From IMG/VR virus record IMGVR_UViG_3300035505_000328, positions 34,775-98,774 of that record: a DNA stretch of 64,000 nt; one strand, written 5' to 3'. The notes beneath the pieces are model-generated. The model saw nothing but the letters and a program-made list of their open reading frames with translations, was not told the origin of the DNA and ran no database searches. The stretch's first letter is position 1. Every line of letters begins with the position of its first letter. Origin of the DNA: a virus. Taxonomy: Duplodnaviria > Caudoviricetes. Made by a program: the position numbers and the translations under genes. Shown here piece after piece: positions 49,605-59,943 of the stretch.

Positions 49605-51308
49605 ATGGCTGACCAAAAACAACGATTACAGCTTATCAAAACCGTCAAGTGTATGGACTATAATGAGAAGAATCAAAAAGTAGATGTTCTCATTATGATT
49701 TTCAGAGATGAAGATACTGGTGAAAAATTCGCTAAAACTATCTTTGACCCTGACTTTACTTATTATGTAAGTGAAGATGATTTCCAATTAGAAACTCCTG
49801 TATCGAGAGTTCCAATTTCAGAAGTAAGACCAGTTACTTGTAAATCAGCTCAAGTAGTTAAGTCAGTAGCTTATGAAACAGAACAGGAAGATGTTTTTTG
49901 GGATTTTATCAAGAACAAAAAGTTCAGTGCTGCAGGTTCAGTACAGTTAGACCCAAATGTACATGGTTCAGATGTTGATATTGAAGACTATTATATTGGA
50001 AAGCATTATGAAGAAAATCCAGTAGCAAATAGTAATTTATTCTTTACTAAGTCATTCTTCGATATCGAGGTTGATTCATCAATGATACGAGGGTTTCCTA
50101 ATGCTGATGAAGCACAGTGTCCAATTAATGCAATCTCGTATTTCTATGACCAAACTATGACTGCTTATGAGTTCTTATTATATAATGAGAACAACAAAAG
50201 TCTTGTTGAGTTTTATGAAGATAAAGCAAGGTTTAAAGCATTTAAGAAACGAATAGTTCAGAAATACAAAGATGAATTTGATATTAATATTAAGTTGAAG
50301 GTTAAGTTCTTTGATTCAGAAATTGAAATGATTAAAGCTTTCTTTGACTTAGTTCATAGACACAAACCTGACTTCTGTTCTGCATGGAACTTAACACAAT
50401 TCGATATGCAGTATTTCGTTACAAGAATTATAGTGTTAGGTGAAGACCCAGATGAAATTATATGTGACCCTGAACTGGATTACATGTATACCAACTTAAA
50501 AATTGACACACAACATCAAGACCCTGCAGAAAAGAACAGTTATTTCCAATCTGTAGATTATACAGTATGGTATGACCAACTTATTCTGTATGCTATCTTA
50601 AGAAAGCAAATGGGTAAGAAAGATTCATATAAGTTGGATGATATTGCTTTTGAAGAAGTAGGTGCTAGAAAAGTTCATTTCGCTAATCCAAATACAACAA
50701 TGAAGACTTCATGCTATGATGATTTTGAGGAATTCACTGAATATTCTATACATGATAGTATTCTACTATTCTTAATTGAAAGGAAGAATAAGGATTTTGA
50801 TATGATTTGGACTATAGCAGCAAAGACCGAAACTCGTATCAATAAAGCAATGACAAAGACAACTTGTTTAAAAAACTTAGCAAGAAGATTTTATTTATCA
50901 CAAGGTTATATTATGAGTAATAACCATAACACAAGTTATGGTGGAATCAATGAACACTCATCTAAGTCATTCAGAGGAGCATTTGTAGCTGACCCGAATT
51001 TGAATTCTCATTTAGGAATGAAGATTAATGGTATGCTTTCAATGTTCATATTCAAGTATGTTATTGACTTCGATTTAACTTCTCTATATCCGTCAATCAT
51101 TATGGCATTTAATATTGATGCTTCAACACAGATTGGTAGAGTAATATTTGATGGAGAAGAAGAACGATTGGAAAATGGTGAGGAAGGATGGAATGGAGCT
51201 GACTTTGCAGATGATATAGAAAGCCGAGATTTCATCAATATAGGAAAGAAATATTTCAATCTTCCAAATGTAACAGAGATGTTAGAAAGCTTTAAGAAAG
51301 TTTCGTAA
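49605..51308 (+). CDS. Family-B DNA polymerase, N-terminal half (exonuclease and motif A)
   Basis: FFDIEVD, AWN..FD, SYKLDDIA, YSIHDS, FRGAFVADP and DFDLTSLYPSII. The ORF ends before motifs B and C. Confidence 0.92.
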   Translation: MADQKQRLQLIKTVKCMDYNEKNQKVDVLIMIFRDEDTGEKFAKTIFDPDFTYYVSEDDFQLETPVSRVPISEVRPVTCKSAQVVKSVAYETEQEDVFWDFIKNKKFSAAGSVQLDPNVHGSDVDIEDYYIGKHYEENPVANSNLFFTKSFFDIEVDSSMIRGFPNADEAQCPINAISYFYDQTMTAYEFLLYNENNKSLVEFYEDKARFKAFKKRIVQKYKDEFDINIKLKVKFFDSEIEMIKAFFDLVHRHKPDFCSAWNLTQFDMQYFVTRIIVLGEDPDEIICDPELDYMYTNLKIDTQHQDPAEKNSYFQSVDYTVWYDQLILYAILRKQMGKKDSYKLDDIAFEEVGARKVHFANPNTTMKTSCYDDFEEFTEYSIHDSILLFLIERKNKDFDMIWTIAAKTETRINKAMTKTTCLKNLARRFYLSQGYIMSNNHNTSYGGINEHSSKSFRGAFVADPNLNSHLGMKINGMLSMFIFKYVIDFDLTSLYPSIIMAFNIDASTQIGRVIFDGEEERLENGEEGWNGADFADDIESRDFINIGKKYFNLPNVTEMLESFKKVS

Positions 51309-51366
51309 ATGTGACAAAATAATACATATATCATTATTTTGTCACATTTCGGAAGGAGGTGAAAAC

Positions 51367-52098
51367 ATGGTCAATAGGTTAAAGTCTTATATTGACTTAA
51401 CCAAAACAGTAAGTTGTGACGACCAAATTTATGTCAGTGAAGGCTTAATATATACATTCGGGAAAAATCAAATGTTTCAGGCTATTACTGATATATCTGA
51501 AGACCGTAACTCAGTTAAGTTAGGGTTAACAGAAGAAACGTTTGTATTACCAATCAGTAAATTCGATGAATTTTTGAAGGCATACAAGAAGTTAGTTACC
51601 GAGAGTAAAATTGATGGTAATGATGTTATCATTAAAACAGAACTCGATAATATAACTTTTGAATCGAAATGGACTGATGCTGATACAGACAAACTTAATT
51701 CTCACATCAATGTATATGAGAATTTAAGCGGAATATGTTGTGAAGATAACTTAGTTAGGTATTATGAGTTTACAGAAAAGGACATAAATGCGTGGCTTAA
51801 TGAAAAGCCATCCAGATTCTTTCTCACTAAGGAAAATGGTAACATTGAATTGTCTTTTGATATACCTGAACGTGGTAGTGATACTATTGTTATAGGAGTA
51901 TTACCGAGTTATCTTGGCAAAGTAGTGAGAACATCTGGACTGGAGGTTTCCGTTTACCACCAAATGAAGGATGACATAAGTCTATACTATTCTAAAATAA
52001 CCATTTCAAATGGGAAATTTATTACGGAATATTATGGGCGGTTCATCAATTATTTGGAGGACAACCCCATGCCAGAAGTAACCGTTGAAGACATCTAA
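51367..52098 (+). CDS. Hypothetical replication-module protein
   Basis: 243 aa, SD AAGGAGGTG, located between the polymerase and SbcC genes. Confidence 0.75.
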   Translation: MVNRLKSYIDLTKTVSCDDQIYVSEGLIYTFGKNQMFQAITDISEDRNSVKLGLTEETFVLPISKFDEFLKAYKKLVTESKIDGNDVIIKTELDNITFESKWTDADTDKLNSHINVYENLSGICCEDNLVRYYEFTEKDINAWLNEKPSRFFLTKENGNIELSFDIPERGSDTIVIGVLPSYLGKVVRTSGLEVSVYHQMKDDISLYYSKITISNGKFITEYYGRFINYLEDNPMPEVTVEDI

Positions 52099-52251
52099 TC
52101 TTGGTCGTTTTATTCAAAACGAAAGAAGAGGTATGTGGTAGCACACTAACAATCACAAGGGCACTTTTGTACATAGTTATGAAAGTGTCCTTTTTTTTTT
52201 AAGTATATATTATTTTAATGATAAAAATAATAATACAGGAGGTAAAACAAC

Positions 52252-55011
52252 ATGAAAATTCTTTACTTAAGATTATTAAATTCTGCAGGTATATGGGCAG
52301 CTATGAGCAGAACAGAAATTGCTTTAGACTTCTCTAAAACCGATAAGAATATAATAATGCTTTTTGGAGAAAACGGAAGCGGTAAGACAACCATATTAAG
52401 TTCTCTACATCCATTTGTAGGCTCAACTAATGATGAACGTAAAAAATTCTTCTTAGAGGGAGTAGAAGGAGAAAAAGAAATCCATTATAAAGTGGATGAC
52501 GATGTTTATATCATTCGTCATTATGTTAAGAAATCTACTAAGTCATACATCAGTAAAATTTCATATAAAGATTATGTGAAACAGACTAAGAAAGTAAATC
52601 CTAGTGAAGTTACTGGTGAAGAGCTTAACGAGAATGGTGGTGTTAGAACCTTTGGTGAAGTTATCAAAATGACTTTAGGAGTAACTGAAGATTACTTTAA
52701 GATTTCACGAATAGGTACTAATGTAAGTAACTTTATCAACCTTAGTACAGCAGAACGTAAGAAATATATTACTATATTCCTGCCAAATATTGAGGAGTAT
52801 CTTGTATACTTTAAAGTGGCTAGTGAGAAAGCTAAGTTAATCAATAAGGAAATTAAGTTTGTTTCTGACCAGATTACTAAGATAGGTAATATTGATGAAC
52901 TAAATGAAACTAGTAAACAGTATCAAGAAGAATTAGACGAAAACAATGGTTTGCTTGATGATGCCAAAGCTAAAGTTGCCAACCTTAAAGGTAAAATTGC
53001 AGTTATTGATGGTGATGGAAAATTATCAGATAATGGTTATTCTAATTGGTATGAAGATGAGTTCAATGATGCTCTTAAGCAATTAGAGAAAGCTAAAAAG
53101 ACTATTGAAGGCATTGATTTAGATGAGGATGAATTATCTAAAAAATGTGATAGTCTTAGAGAAAAGCAAACCAAATGTGAAATTAAAATCAACAAGTACA
53201 CTGATAAGATTGAAAGTATCAAAAGCGATATTGCTGATACACTTGAAAGTCGTGACAGCAAAGTAAAAGACCTTCAAGGTCTAGATTATGAGGATATTGA
53301 ATCCTTAAATGATACTAAAGATAAGATTCAAGATGAGATTAATGAAATTCAAGGAGAAATTGATTCTCTGGATATGTCTAGATTTTATCTTGAGAACCTT
53401 GATGATGTATCAGCTGATAATGTATCAACCTTTATTGTCTTTATTAATGAGATAATAGGTATCAAGCTGAAACTCAGTGATGAAAATATGAAGCACCTTA
53501 ATAAGATTTACAAGAAAGAAGAAATTGATTTAGAAACATTTCAACAGAGTGTTGATGAAACTCTTTCTGAATTACACCAGTTAGAGGAAGAACTTGAATC
53601 TAAGAAACTTGAAAAAATCAATCTTACTGGATTAGCTGAACGAGAAGAACTTCTCAATGAGCAAAGACCTGAAGGTTGTAAGATTGATAGTTGTGTTTTC
53701 CTTGAGGACTTAAATAAATGTAAAGGTGCAAGTAAGAAACTTGAAACAGTAACACAAGAATCAAAGGAACTTGAAGACAAGCTTGAGCAGACTTCTATTT
53801 TATATGAGACTGCAAACGCAGTAGTACACATTATAAAGGAATTTAAATCCAGCTACTTAAAAGCTGTTAGTGTAAGTTTAAAAATGACTGATATTTTAAA
53901 GAACTATAATGTTAAAGGTTTTGAATCATTCATATCTAATATTATTCTTGGAGACTATAATATCTCCAAAGATTTTTCAGTCAGTGAAATACTTACTTAT
54001 AAGACAGCAGTTGCTAATCAACAAAGATTACAAGCTGAATTAGATTCCATTGAAAACAAGATTAATTCTAACTCTAAGATTTCAACTGTTTCTAAGAAGA
54101 TTCAAAAAGAGATTGATGAGTTAGAAGAAAAGTATTCTGCATTGGATGAGAGTTTACATGATTATACTTCTAAGCTTAAGGAATCTAAAGAAGAATTAAA
54201 AGAAACTGAGGATTCATTGAATGAATGTCTTAGTAATATCAGTGCTTTAGAAAATATTTCTAAGTATGAAGAAGAATACAAAGAGATAGAAGAAAAGTAC
54301 AATAATGTGAAATCTAGACTTGATAATTTAGCTGAAATTGCAGAAGAGCTTCAAGAAGCAAGAGAAGAAGTTAAAACATGGAATAAAACAGTAGCTTCTA
54401 CTACTGAAAAACTGGATAGTCTGAAGTATAAGATTATGCAGTACTATGACTTTGAAGATAGGAAGACTAAATTAGAGGATTCCTATGAGAAAATCACCTA
54501 TGTTAAAGAAGCTAATGACCCTACTAAGGGAATCCCTATTTACTTCATTAATGATTATCTGAATAAGACACAAGAAATTGCTAATGACCTCTTAGGTTTA
54601 TCACAGCATGGAAGATTTGCTATCAAGTTTGATGTAGATGACAAAGACTTCTATATTCGTGTATATAAGAGTAATGGTGATGTTCTGACAGATATTAATG
54701 AAGCTTCACAAGGGGAATCTGCATTAGCTAATGTTTCTCTATCATTGGCATTGATTGAACAGTCAACCTATAAGTATAACATTGTATTGTATGATGAGGT
54801 TGATGGTGCATTAGACGTTAAAAACAGAAGAAACTTTATTGATATGATTGAAACCCAGAGAGAAAAGATTGGTGGGGAACAGATATTCGTTATCTCACAC
54901 AACAATGAGTTTGATAATTGTGAAATCGGTATGGTGTTACTAAACGAAAATAACATTAACACTGCTGACAGTGAATTTATGTCTAACAAAGATATCATTT
55001 TTACTGTTTAA
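52252..55011 (+). CDS. sbcC: SbcC/Rad50-like SMC ATPase
   Basis: Walker A GENGSGKT, long coiled coils with a central Cys hook (GCKIDSC), the signature SQGE, DEVDGALD and VISH. Confidence 0.93.
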   Translation: MKILYLRLLNSAGIWAAMSRTEIALDFSKTDKNIIMLFGENGSGKTTILSSLHPFVGSTNDERKKFFLEGVEGEKEIHYKVDDDVYIIRHYVKKSTKSYISKISYKDYVKQTKKVNPSEVTGEELNENGGVRTFGEVIKMTLGVTEDYFKISRIGTNVSNFINLSTAERKKYITIFLPNIEEYLVYFKVASEKAKLINKEIKFVSDQITKIGNIDELNETSKQYQEELDENNGLLDDAKAKVANLKGKIAVIDGDGKLSDNGYSNWYEDEFNDALKQLEKAKKTIEGIDLDEDELSKKCDSLREKQTKCEIKINKYTDKIESIKSDIADTLESRDSKVKDLQGLDYEDIESLNDTKDKIQDEINEIQGEIDSLDMSRFYLENLDDVSADNVSTFIVFINEIIGIKLKLSDENMKHLNKIYKKEEIDLETFQQSVDETLSELHQLEEELESKKLEKINLTGLAEREELLNEQRPEGCKIDSCVFLEDLNKCKGASKKLETVTQESKELEDKLEQTSILYETANAVVHIIKEFKSSYLKAVSVSLKMTDILKNYNVKGFESFISNIILGDYNISKDFSVSEILTYKTAVANQQRLQAELDSIENKINSNSKISTVSKKIQKEIDELEEKYSALDESLHDYTSKLKESKEELKETEDSLNECLSNISALENISKYEEEYKEIEEKYNNVKSRLDNLAEIAEELQEAREEVKTWNKTVASTTEKLDSLKYKIMQYYDFEDRKTKLEDSYEKITYVKEANDPTKGIPIYFINDYLNKTQEIANDLLGLSQHGRFAIKFDVDDKDFYIRVYKSNGDVLTDINEASQGESALANVSLSLALIEQSTYKYNIVLYDEVDGALDVKNRRNFIDMIETQREKIGGEQIFVISHNNEFDNCEIGMVLLNENNINTADSEFMSNKDIIFTV

Positions 55012-55181
55012 GGAAAAACAAATTTATGACACTACTATTTGTGTGTATTTTTTCTGCTGATTTTATTACTATCACGCTTTTTATTATTGCTCTTTTGTCC
55101 GATTGGCTAACATGTTTATTCATGTTAGCCAATATATTTTAACAAATTCATAAGATTACTTTAGAAAGGAAATGAAATGTT

Positions 55182-55688
55182 ATGGCAAATGCAATGAATC
55201 CTTTGCGTACAAAACTTACGAATAAATCTACTTTTTTTAAGCCTGATATGAAAACAGCTATACTTGCTGTGGATAACTATATCATTCCAGAGCATTTTGC
55301 TAAAGGTTTAAATGCAGTAAAGAAGTTCATGAGTTTTAATAAAGCTGGTGATACCAGTAAGAATTTTGAGTTGTCTAAGATTAAGATGACTAAAAATATT
55401 AAAGAAGTCCGTACATTATTAGCACCTGATATGGTTCAAGCTTATATCATGTCTGGTGAAGATTCAGTGAATTATCTTTTACTTCCATTCTTATCACAAT
55501 TCTTTCATTCAACAGAGATTATATCTACTGAAAAGAAAGCTAAAGTAGAACAACTTAGGAATGACTTTAAAGAATGTGAAAGAATACATAATGAAGAATT
55601 TGATGCTGAACGTAAATCAATTCAAGCTAAAGGAATGTATTATTTCGAAGCTAATGTAAATACTGTAATTAAACCGTATACTCTGTAA
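55182..55688 (+). CDS. Hypothetical late protein
   Basis: 168 aa; AACA-aattca-TA at 55141-55152. Confidence 0.75.
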   Translation: MANAMNPLRTKLTNKSTFFKPDMKTAILAVDNYIIPEHFAKGLNAVKKFMSFNKAGDTSKNFELSKIKMTKNIKEVRTLLAPDMVQAYIMSGEDSVNYLLLPFLSQFFHSTEIISTEKKAKVEQLRNDFKECERIHNEEFDAERKSIQAKGMYYFEANVNTVIKPYTL

Positions 55689-55772
55689 AAGGAGTATACG
55701 GTGTATTTTTGCTTTATTTATCTATATATTATTAATATGGCATAACAAAAATAAACGAAGGAGGTAAAGATT

Positions 55773-56105
55773 ATGTCAGCTATAATTAATACAATAGGGT
55801 TTGAAAGAGACCACTCACCAGTGAGGGTCAGAAACAGAGGGTTGGCAGTTTATATCTACCAAAAAAATGGTGGTGGAGAAAAGAAGAGCCAACCTTGTGA
55901 GGACAGCTTTAGAGGTCGCTTACGACTAATGCGACTATTGTTCGCTTATAAGCTGTTCCATGCTAATAAGAAACAGCCTCACAGAATTACTAAAGTGATT
56001 TTGTGGGTTGTTATATTAGTCATTGCAGTACTGATAGCCTTACAGTTAACTGCAATAATGTCAGGAGCAGGGAATATTATTACGCTTATAAGAAGCGTAT
56101 TTTAG
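55773..56105 (+). CDS. Small early membrane protein
   Basis: Basic N-terminus and one C-terminal TM helix (VILWVVILVIAVLIALQL); early motif at 55724-55732. Confidence 0.7.
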   Translation: MSAIINTIGFERDHSPVRVRNRGLAVYIYQKNGGGEKKSQPCEDSFRGRLRLMRLLFAYKLFHANKKQPHRITKVILWVVILVIAVLIALQLTAIMSGAGNIITLIRSVF

Positions 56106-56250
56106 TATCTTCCCCACTTCTTACCACTTACATAGCCAATCTATTCCTTCCCCCCTCATCTGAGAGAATAGATTGGCTTTTTTTCTTCTAAAAACAATGG
56201 AAAACTAATGAATAGTAGAAAATTCCATAATTTTTAAGGAGGAAAATAAT

Positions 56251-56508
56251 ATGGCTAGAGAATTTAAGTATCAGCTTATCGACCACATTGCAGACATTGG
56301 TGAGGTTGATGGTAAAGGCTGGGGGATTGAGATAAATATTATTTGCTTCGGTAATTCTAAGAAGCCTGTAATAGATATCAGAAAATGGAATCGAGAGACA
56401 GATACGATGGGTAAAGGTATTACTTTGTCTCTTGAAGTCTTCAAAGAAATTCAGAAGGTAGATGCTTCATTACTTGAAGATTTCTTTGAGAAGGAAGATA
56501 ATGAATAA
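56251..56508 (+). CDS. PC4/YdbC-family ssDNA-binding protein
   Basis: GW..EIN.I.F......IDIRKW.....MGKGITLS. Confidence 0.85.
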   Translation: MAREFKYQLIDHIADIGEVDGKGWGIEINIICFGNSKKPVIDIRKWNRETDTMGKGITLSLEVFKEIQKVDASLLEDFFEKEDNE

Positions 56509-56570
56509 TTTAAATTGGGTTATGGTTAATTTTTTGCCATAACCCAATATTTTTTAGGAGGAATAATAAG

Positions 56571-56912
56571 ATGATAGGATTAACAGAACATATTTTGTCT
56601 TCAACAAAGACAATTAATAAATACACAGAAGAGGAATTAACAAATTTTACTTCTGTTCTTAACGATTATATCCACTCAAATGACATGGACGAATACTTTT
56701 CAAGTAAACATGTTCAAATATTCTTATACAATAATATGACCAGATATAATCTTGTATTAAGAATAGCTTTTAGTGCTTTTGCAGGTGCAGGAGAAGACCC
56801 TGTACATTTTGATGTAAGTTTAAGTGATATCAACTGTACAATAGATTCTTCAATGGAAGATGTAATGCAAGGTATTAAATTACGACTAATGGAAGAATTA
56901 ATGGAATCATAA
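56571..56912 (+). CDS. Hypothetical protein
   Basis: 113 aa, SD AGGAGG. Confidence 0.75.
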   Translation: MIGLTEHILSSTKTINKYTEEELTNFTSVLNDYIHSNDMDEYFSSKHVQIFLYNNMTRYNLVLRIAFSAFAGAGEDPVHFDVSLSDINCTIDSSMEDVMQGIKLRLMEELMES

Positions 56913-56924
56913 GGAGGGAGAAAA

Positions 56925-58112
56925 ATGAGCTTACGAAAAGTAAAGCGACGAAGCTTCACAGAAAGACCTAAGTCTGTTAAAGACATGACAACTAAAGAAA
57001 AAGAACAACATGAAATATATAAGGGAGATTATAACTTTGAGAGTATCATAAACTCAAAGAAAATCAGATATGAGTTGCTCAACCAATTATTTGATAAAAT
57101 ACCAAAAGGTAAAGATACAGTAACAATGTACATTGACCTTTACAGTATCCTCAATCAACTTTACAATCCAAATGTGCTTGAAAGTATAACACATTTGGAT
57201 TATGAAGCAAAGATTATTCTAACTAGTCATATCATCAATATGGCAGCTCATTATAGAAGATACTTTGCAACTCGTAAGGGAATGTATACGAATATTATTT
57301 TTTATTATTCCCATACAGAAAGCCACAACGAAAAAGAAGTTTATCCAGATTACAGGAAAGAGTATTATGCTAAGAGATTTGGATTGAACTCTGATTTCAT
57401 ACAATTAAATAAGGTACTAAAAGAAGTATTCAATTTATGTGAGATGATTTCTGATTATCTTCCTCATGTGTATTTTGTGAATACAAAACAAGTTAATCCA
57501 ATATTAGCACCTTATTACTTCCAGAAATATGCACTTGATTGTGAGTTACCAGTTGTATACAGTAATGACAAAGTACAAATGTTGAACTGTATTTATTCAA
57601 ATGATGAACTGTTTATGTCAGCTTCATACAGTAATGTAACTCTATATACAATTAATGAACTTATGGAAGTATATACTAAGAAAGAAGATTACAATGACTT
57701 GAATCCAACATTACTTCCATATATAATGAGTTTAGCAGGTGAGAAGAAATATAATATTGAAGGGATGCCTAAATTTGGTCCTGTGTCATCTGCTAAGAAG
57801 TTTAAGAAATGGATTCAAGATGGTAATATAAGTAACATTAACTATAAAATTTCTTCTATGTTCCTAGATGATATTGAAAGAATAGAAGAAATGAATAGCA
57901 AGATGTTTACTACAATAGCACAAAATATTGAGCTATTTCATTTACCAACAATGTTTAACAAGCTTCGTGAAAGTGATATAGTTGAGTGTTTTAGGGTTAA
58001 GGACTTAGTGTCTATTAATTCATTAATTGAATTGGATAATGAATACTTTAGTAAATATCCTTTAATGCTTGAAGAATTACTTTTAGGTGAAGAATATGAA
58101 AGCGTGCATTAA
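56925..58112 (+). CDS. Probable 5'-3' exonuclease / RNase H (FEN/PIN-like, divergent)
   Basis: MYIDLYS, YPDYRK, VYSNDK and an H3TH-like LAGEKKYNIEGMPKFG. Confidence 0.55.
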   Translation: MSLRKVKRRSFTERPKSVKDMTTKEKEQHEIYKGDYNFESIINSKKIRYELLNQLFDKIPKGKDTVTMYIDLYSILNQLYNPNVLESITHLDYEAKIILTSHIINMAAHYRRYFATRKGMYTNIIFYYSHTESHNEKEVYPDYRKEYYAKRFGLNSDFIQLNKVLKEVFNLCEMISDYLPHVYFVNTKQVNPILAPYYFQKYALDCELPVVYSNDKVQMLNCIYSNDELFMSASYSNVTLYTINELMEVYTKKEDYNDLNPTLLPYIMSLAGEKKYNIEGMPKFGPVSSAKKFKKWIQDGNISNINYKISSMFLDDIERIEEMNSKMFTTIAQNIELFHLPTMFNKLRESDIVECFRVKDLVSINSLIELDNEYFSKYPLMLEELLLGEEYESVH

Positions 58113-58193
58113 ATCGTAAAGTTTCCCCTTTTAAATTTATATTATCATTATAGTTTCCATACATGTATTTATCAATGAAAGGGGGAATTCTAC

Positions 58194-58577
58194 ATGAATA
58201 AAGGGGAACTTTTGGGCAACTTCTATATGCCCGTAACTGATACCTTCGGGAATGGGGTTGAATTGAACTTCAACTTCTATTCTGCTGAAAGTGGAACAGG
58301 CACAATCGTTGATGTGTTTGTTCCGTGGGGTATCTATAACGGAAAGGATACCTCATTAAACTGCTCCAATGGTTGTAGCAGTACCGCATTAATGACAGAC
58401 CGTTATTATGATGGTACAATGTTAGAAGCATTGGAGTACTATCTTGGCACAATCGATGTGTGCTGTGTTGCACATGATTGTGCCAAAGTCACTGTCGGTC
58501 ACTCAAAAGCTTGGATTGAAGTCCACAAAGGGGAAATTCACTCAGCCAAAAGAGTGATGGGCAAGTCAGTGGCTTAA
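58194..58577 (+). CDS. Hypothetical early protein (higher GC, own promoter and terminator)
   Basis: 127 aa; TATATTAT at 58138-58145 and a terminator at 58583-58614. Confidence 0.7.
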   Translation: MNKGELLGNFYMPVTDTFGNGVELNFNFYSAESGTGTIVDVFVPWGIYNGKDTSLNCSNGCSSTALMTDRYYDGTMLEALEYYLGTIDVCCVAHDCAKVTVGHSKAWIEVHKGEIHSAKRVMGKSVA

Positions 58578-58629
58578 CTTATGGGGAGAGTAAAATCTCC
58601 CTTTTTTTTTTTTTGAAAGGAGTGATAAT

Positions 58630-59943
58630 TTGGCTGATTATATAGGTAACAGAGAATTTAAAGTTGTAGAATCTAAGCTTGAACAGTTATATCAACAAGT
58701 AGATTTAGACGCAGTCTTAGGTGATGGAACTGTATATAATCTTTCTCAATACATTACTGAATTTGATATTTACTATAATTATGATGAATCAGTTTTCCCA
58801 GTAGTTAAAACTACTATGTATGTAGATTATGCAACACATAAAGCAATTAGTGATGGAATAGATGATTGTAAATTCAGATTAAGCATTTATATGGTTAAGT
58901 CTACTGATGTTGATTCATCTACAGGGCAACAGAATGGTATTGCAGATACATTCATAGCTAATAAGATTCTATTTGCAAATGACTATGATAAAGAAAATCA
59001 AAGAACTACTTATGATGAAGACCAAGTTCAAGATATAGAATTAACATTAGAGTTATTTTTAAAGAAACATTATAAGCTTACTAGAAAACCAATTAATTCT
59101 ATCTTCTCTAAGATTAAGATGAAAAATGCTTTACTTAAGTTATTCAGTAATCTTAAAACTGGAGGTATGATTATTACACCACCTGACAATAAAGACGCTA
59201 TTAAACAAATCGTTTGTCCATCTTCAAACATTGTAAAGACAATTAAGTATCTACAGAATCATTTTGGTATATACAAAACTGGTTATAGATTATGGTTTGA
59301 TTTTGATAGAGGATATTTAGTAGCAGGTGATTTTAAATATCATAAACCTGTAGTTGAGAAAGGTGAATATCAGAATACTATATTATACTTCTCTAAAGTA
59401 GATGCTCAAGAGCTTAAATATGGTTCTTATTTAGATAAGACAAATAAAGTATATGTTGTTGTAGGTGAAACTAGTAATACATTCAATACCAATGAGAATA
59501 CTTTTAAGGAAGTATATGGTGAGGATATTGTTGTTAAGCAAAAGAAACAAGATACAAAGAAGTTATCTAAATCTAAGCATGAAAATAAGAATAACATAGA
59601 GAAGAATGGTAAGTCTAAGACTAACTTAGCTACATCTAAGAAGAAGACATATTATGATTCAACATCTAGTGACTATACAGTAGAGAGTGAATTGGCTTTG
59701 GCTTCTAGAAATGAGTTACAATATATCTGTGTTCTTCATAACATTAATCCTGACTATATTACTATCAATAAGAAGATTTATGTTTCCTTTGAAGATAGTG
59801 ATAATGATAAATATGATGGTGTATACCAAGTTTCTAACATGATGGCATCATATGAAAAAAAGAATAGTAATCTATTTGAAGTTAATTATAACTTAGTACT
59901 GAATAGAATTTCTTCTTCAACAATGCAAGAAGCTTTCAAGTAG
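58630..59943 (+). CDS. Probable virion structural protein (baseplate hub-like)
   Basis: TTG start with SD AAGGAGTG. The beta-rich pattern and C-terminal YDGVYQV..M motif are reminiscent of hub proteins; this is an inference. Confidence 0.4.
   Translation: MADYIGNREFKVVESKLEQLYQQVDLDAVLGDGTVYNLSQYITEFDIYYNYDESVFPVVKTTMYVDYATHKAISDGIDDCKFRLSIYMVKSTDVDSSTGQQNGIADTFIANKILFANDYDKENQRTTYDEDQVQDIELTLELFLKKHYKLTRKPINSIFSKIKMKNALLKLFSNLKTGGMIITPPDNKDAIKQIVCPSSNIVKTIKYLQNHFGIYKTGYRLWFDFDRGYLVAGDFKYHKPVVEKGEYQNTILYFSKVDAQELKYGSYLDKTNKVYVVVGETSNTFNTNENTFKEVYGEDIVVKQKKQDTKKLSKSKHENKNNIEKNGKSKTNLATSKKKTYYDSTSSDYTVESELALASRNELQYICVLHNINPDYITINKKIYVSFEDSDNDKYDGVYQVSNMMASYEKKNSNLFEVNYNLVLNRISSSTMQEAFK

Noticed and set aside
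51308-51366. Intron or intein continuing the DNA polymerase
   Set aside because: Only 58 nt with a simple inverted repeat precede the next SD, and there is no ribozyme core.
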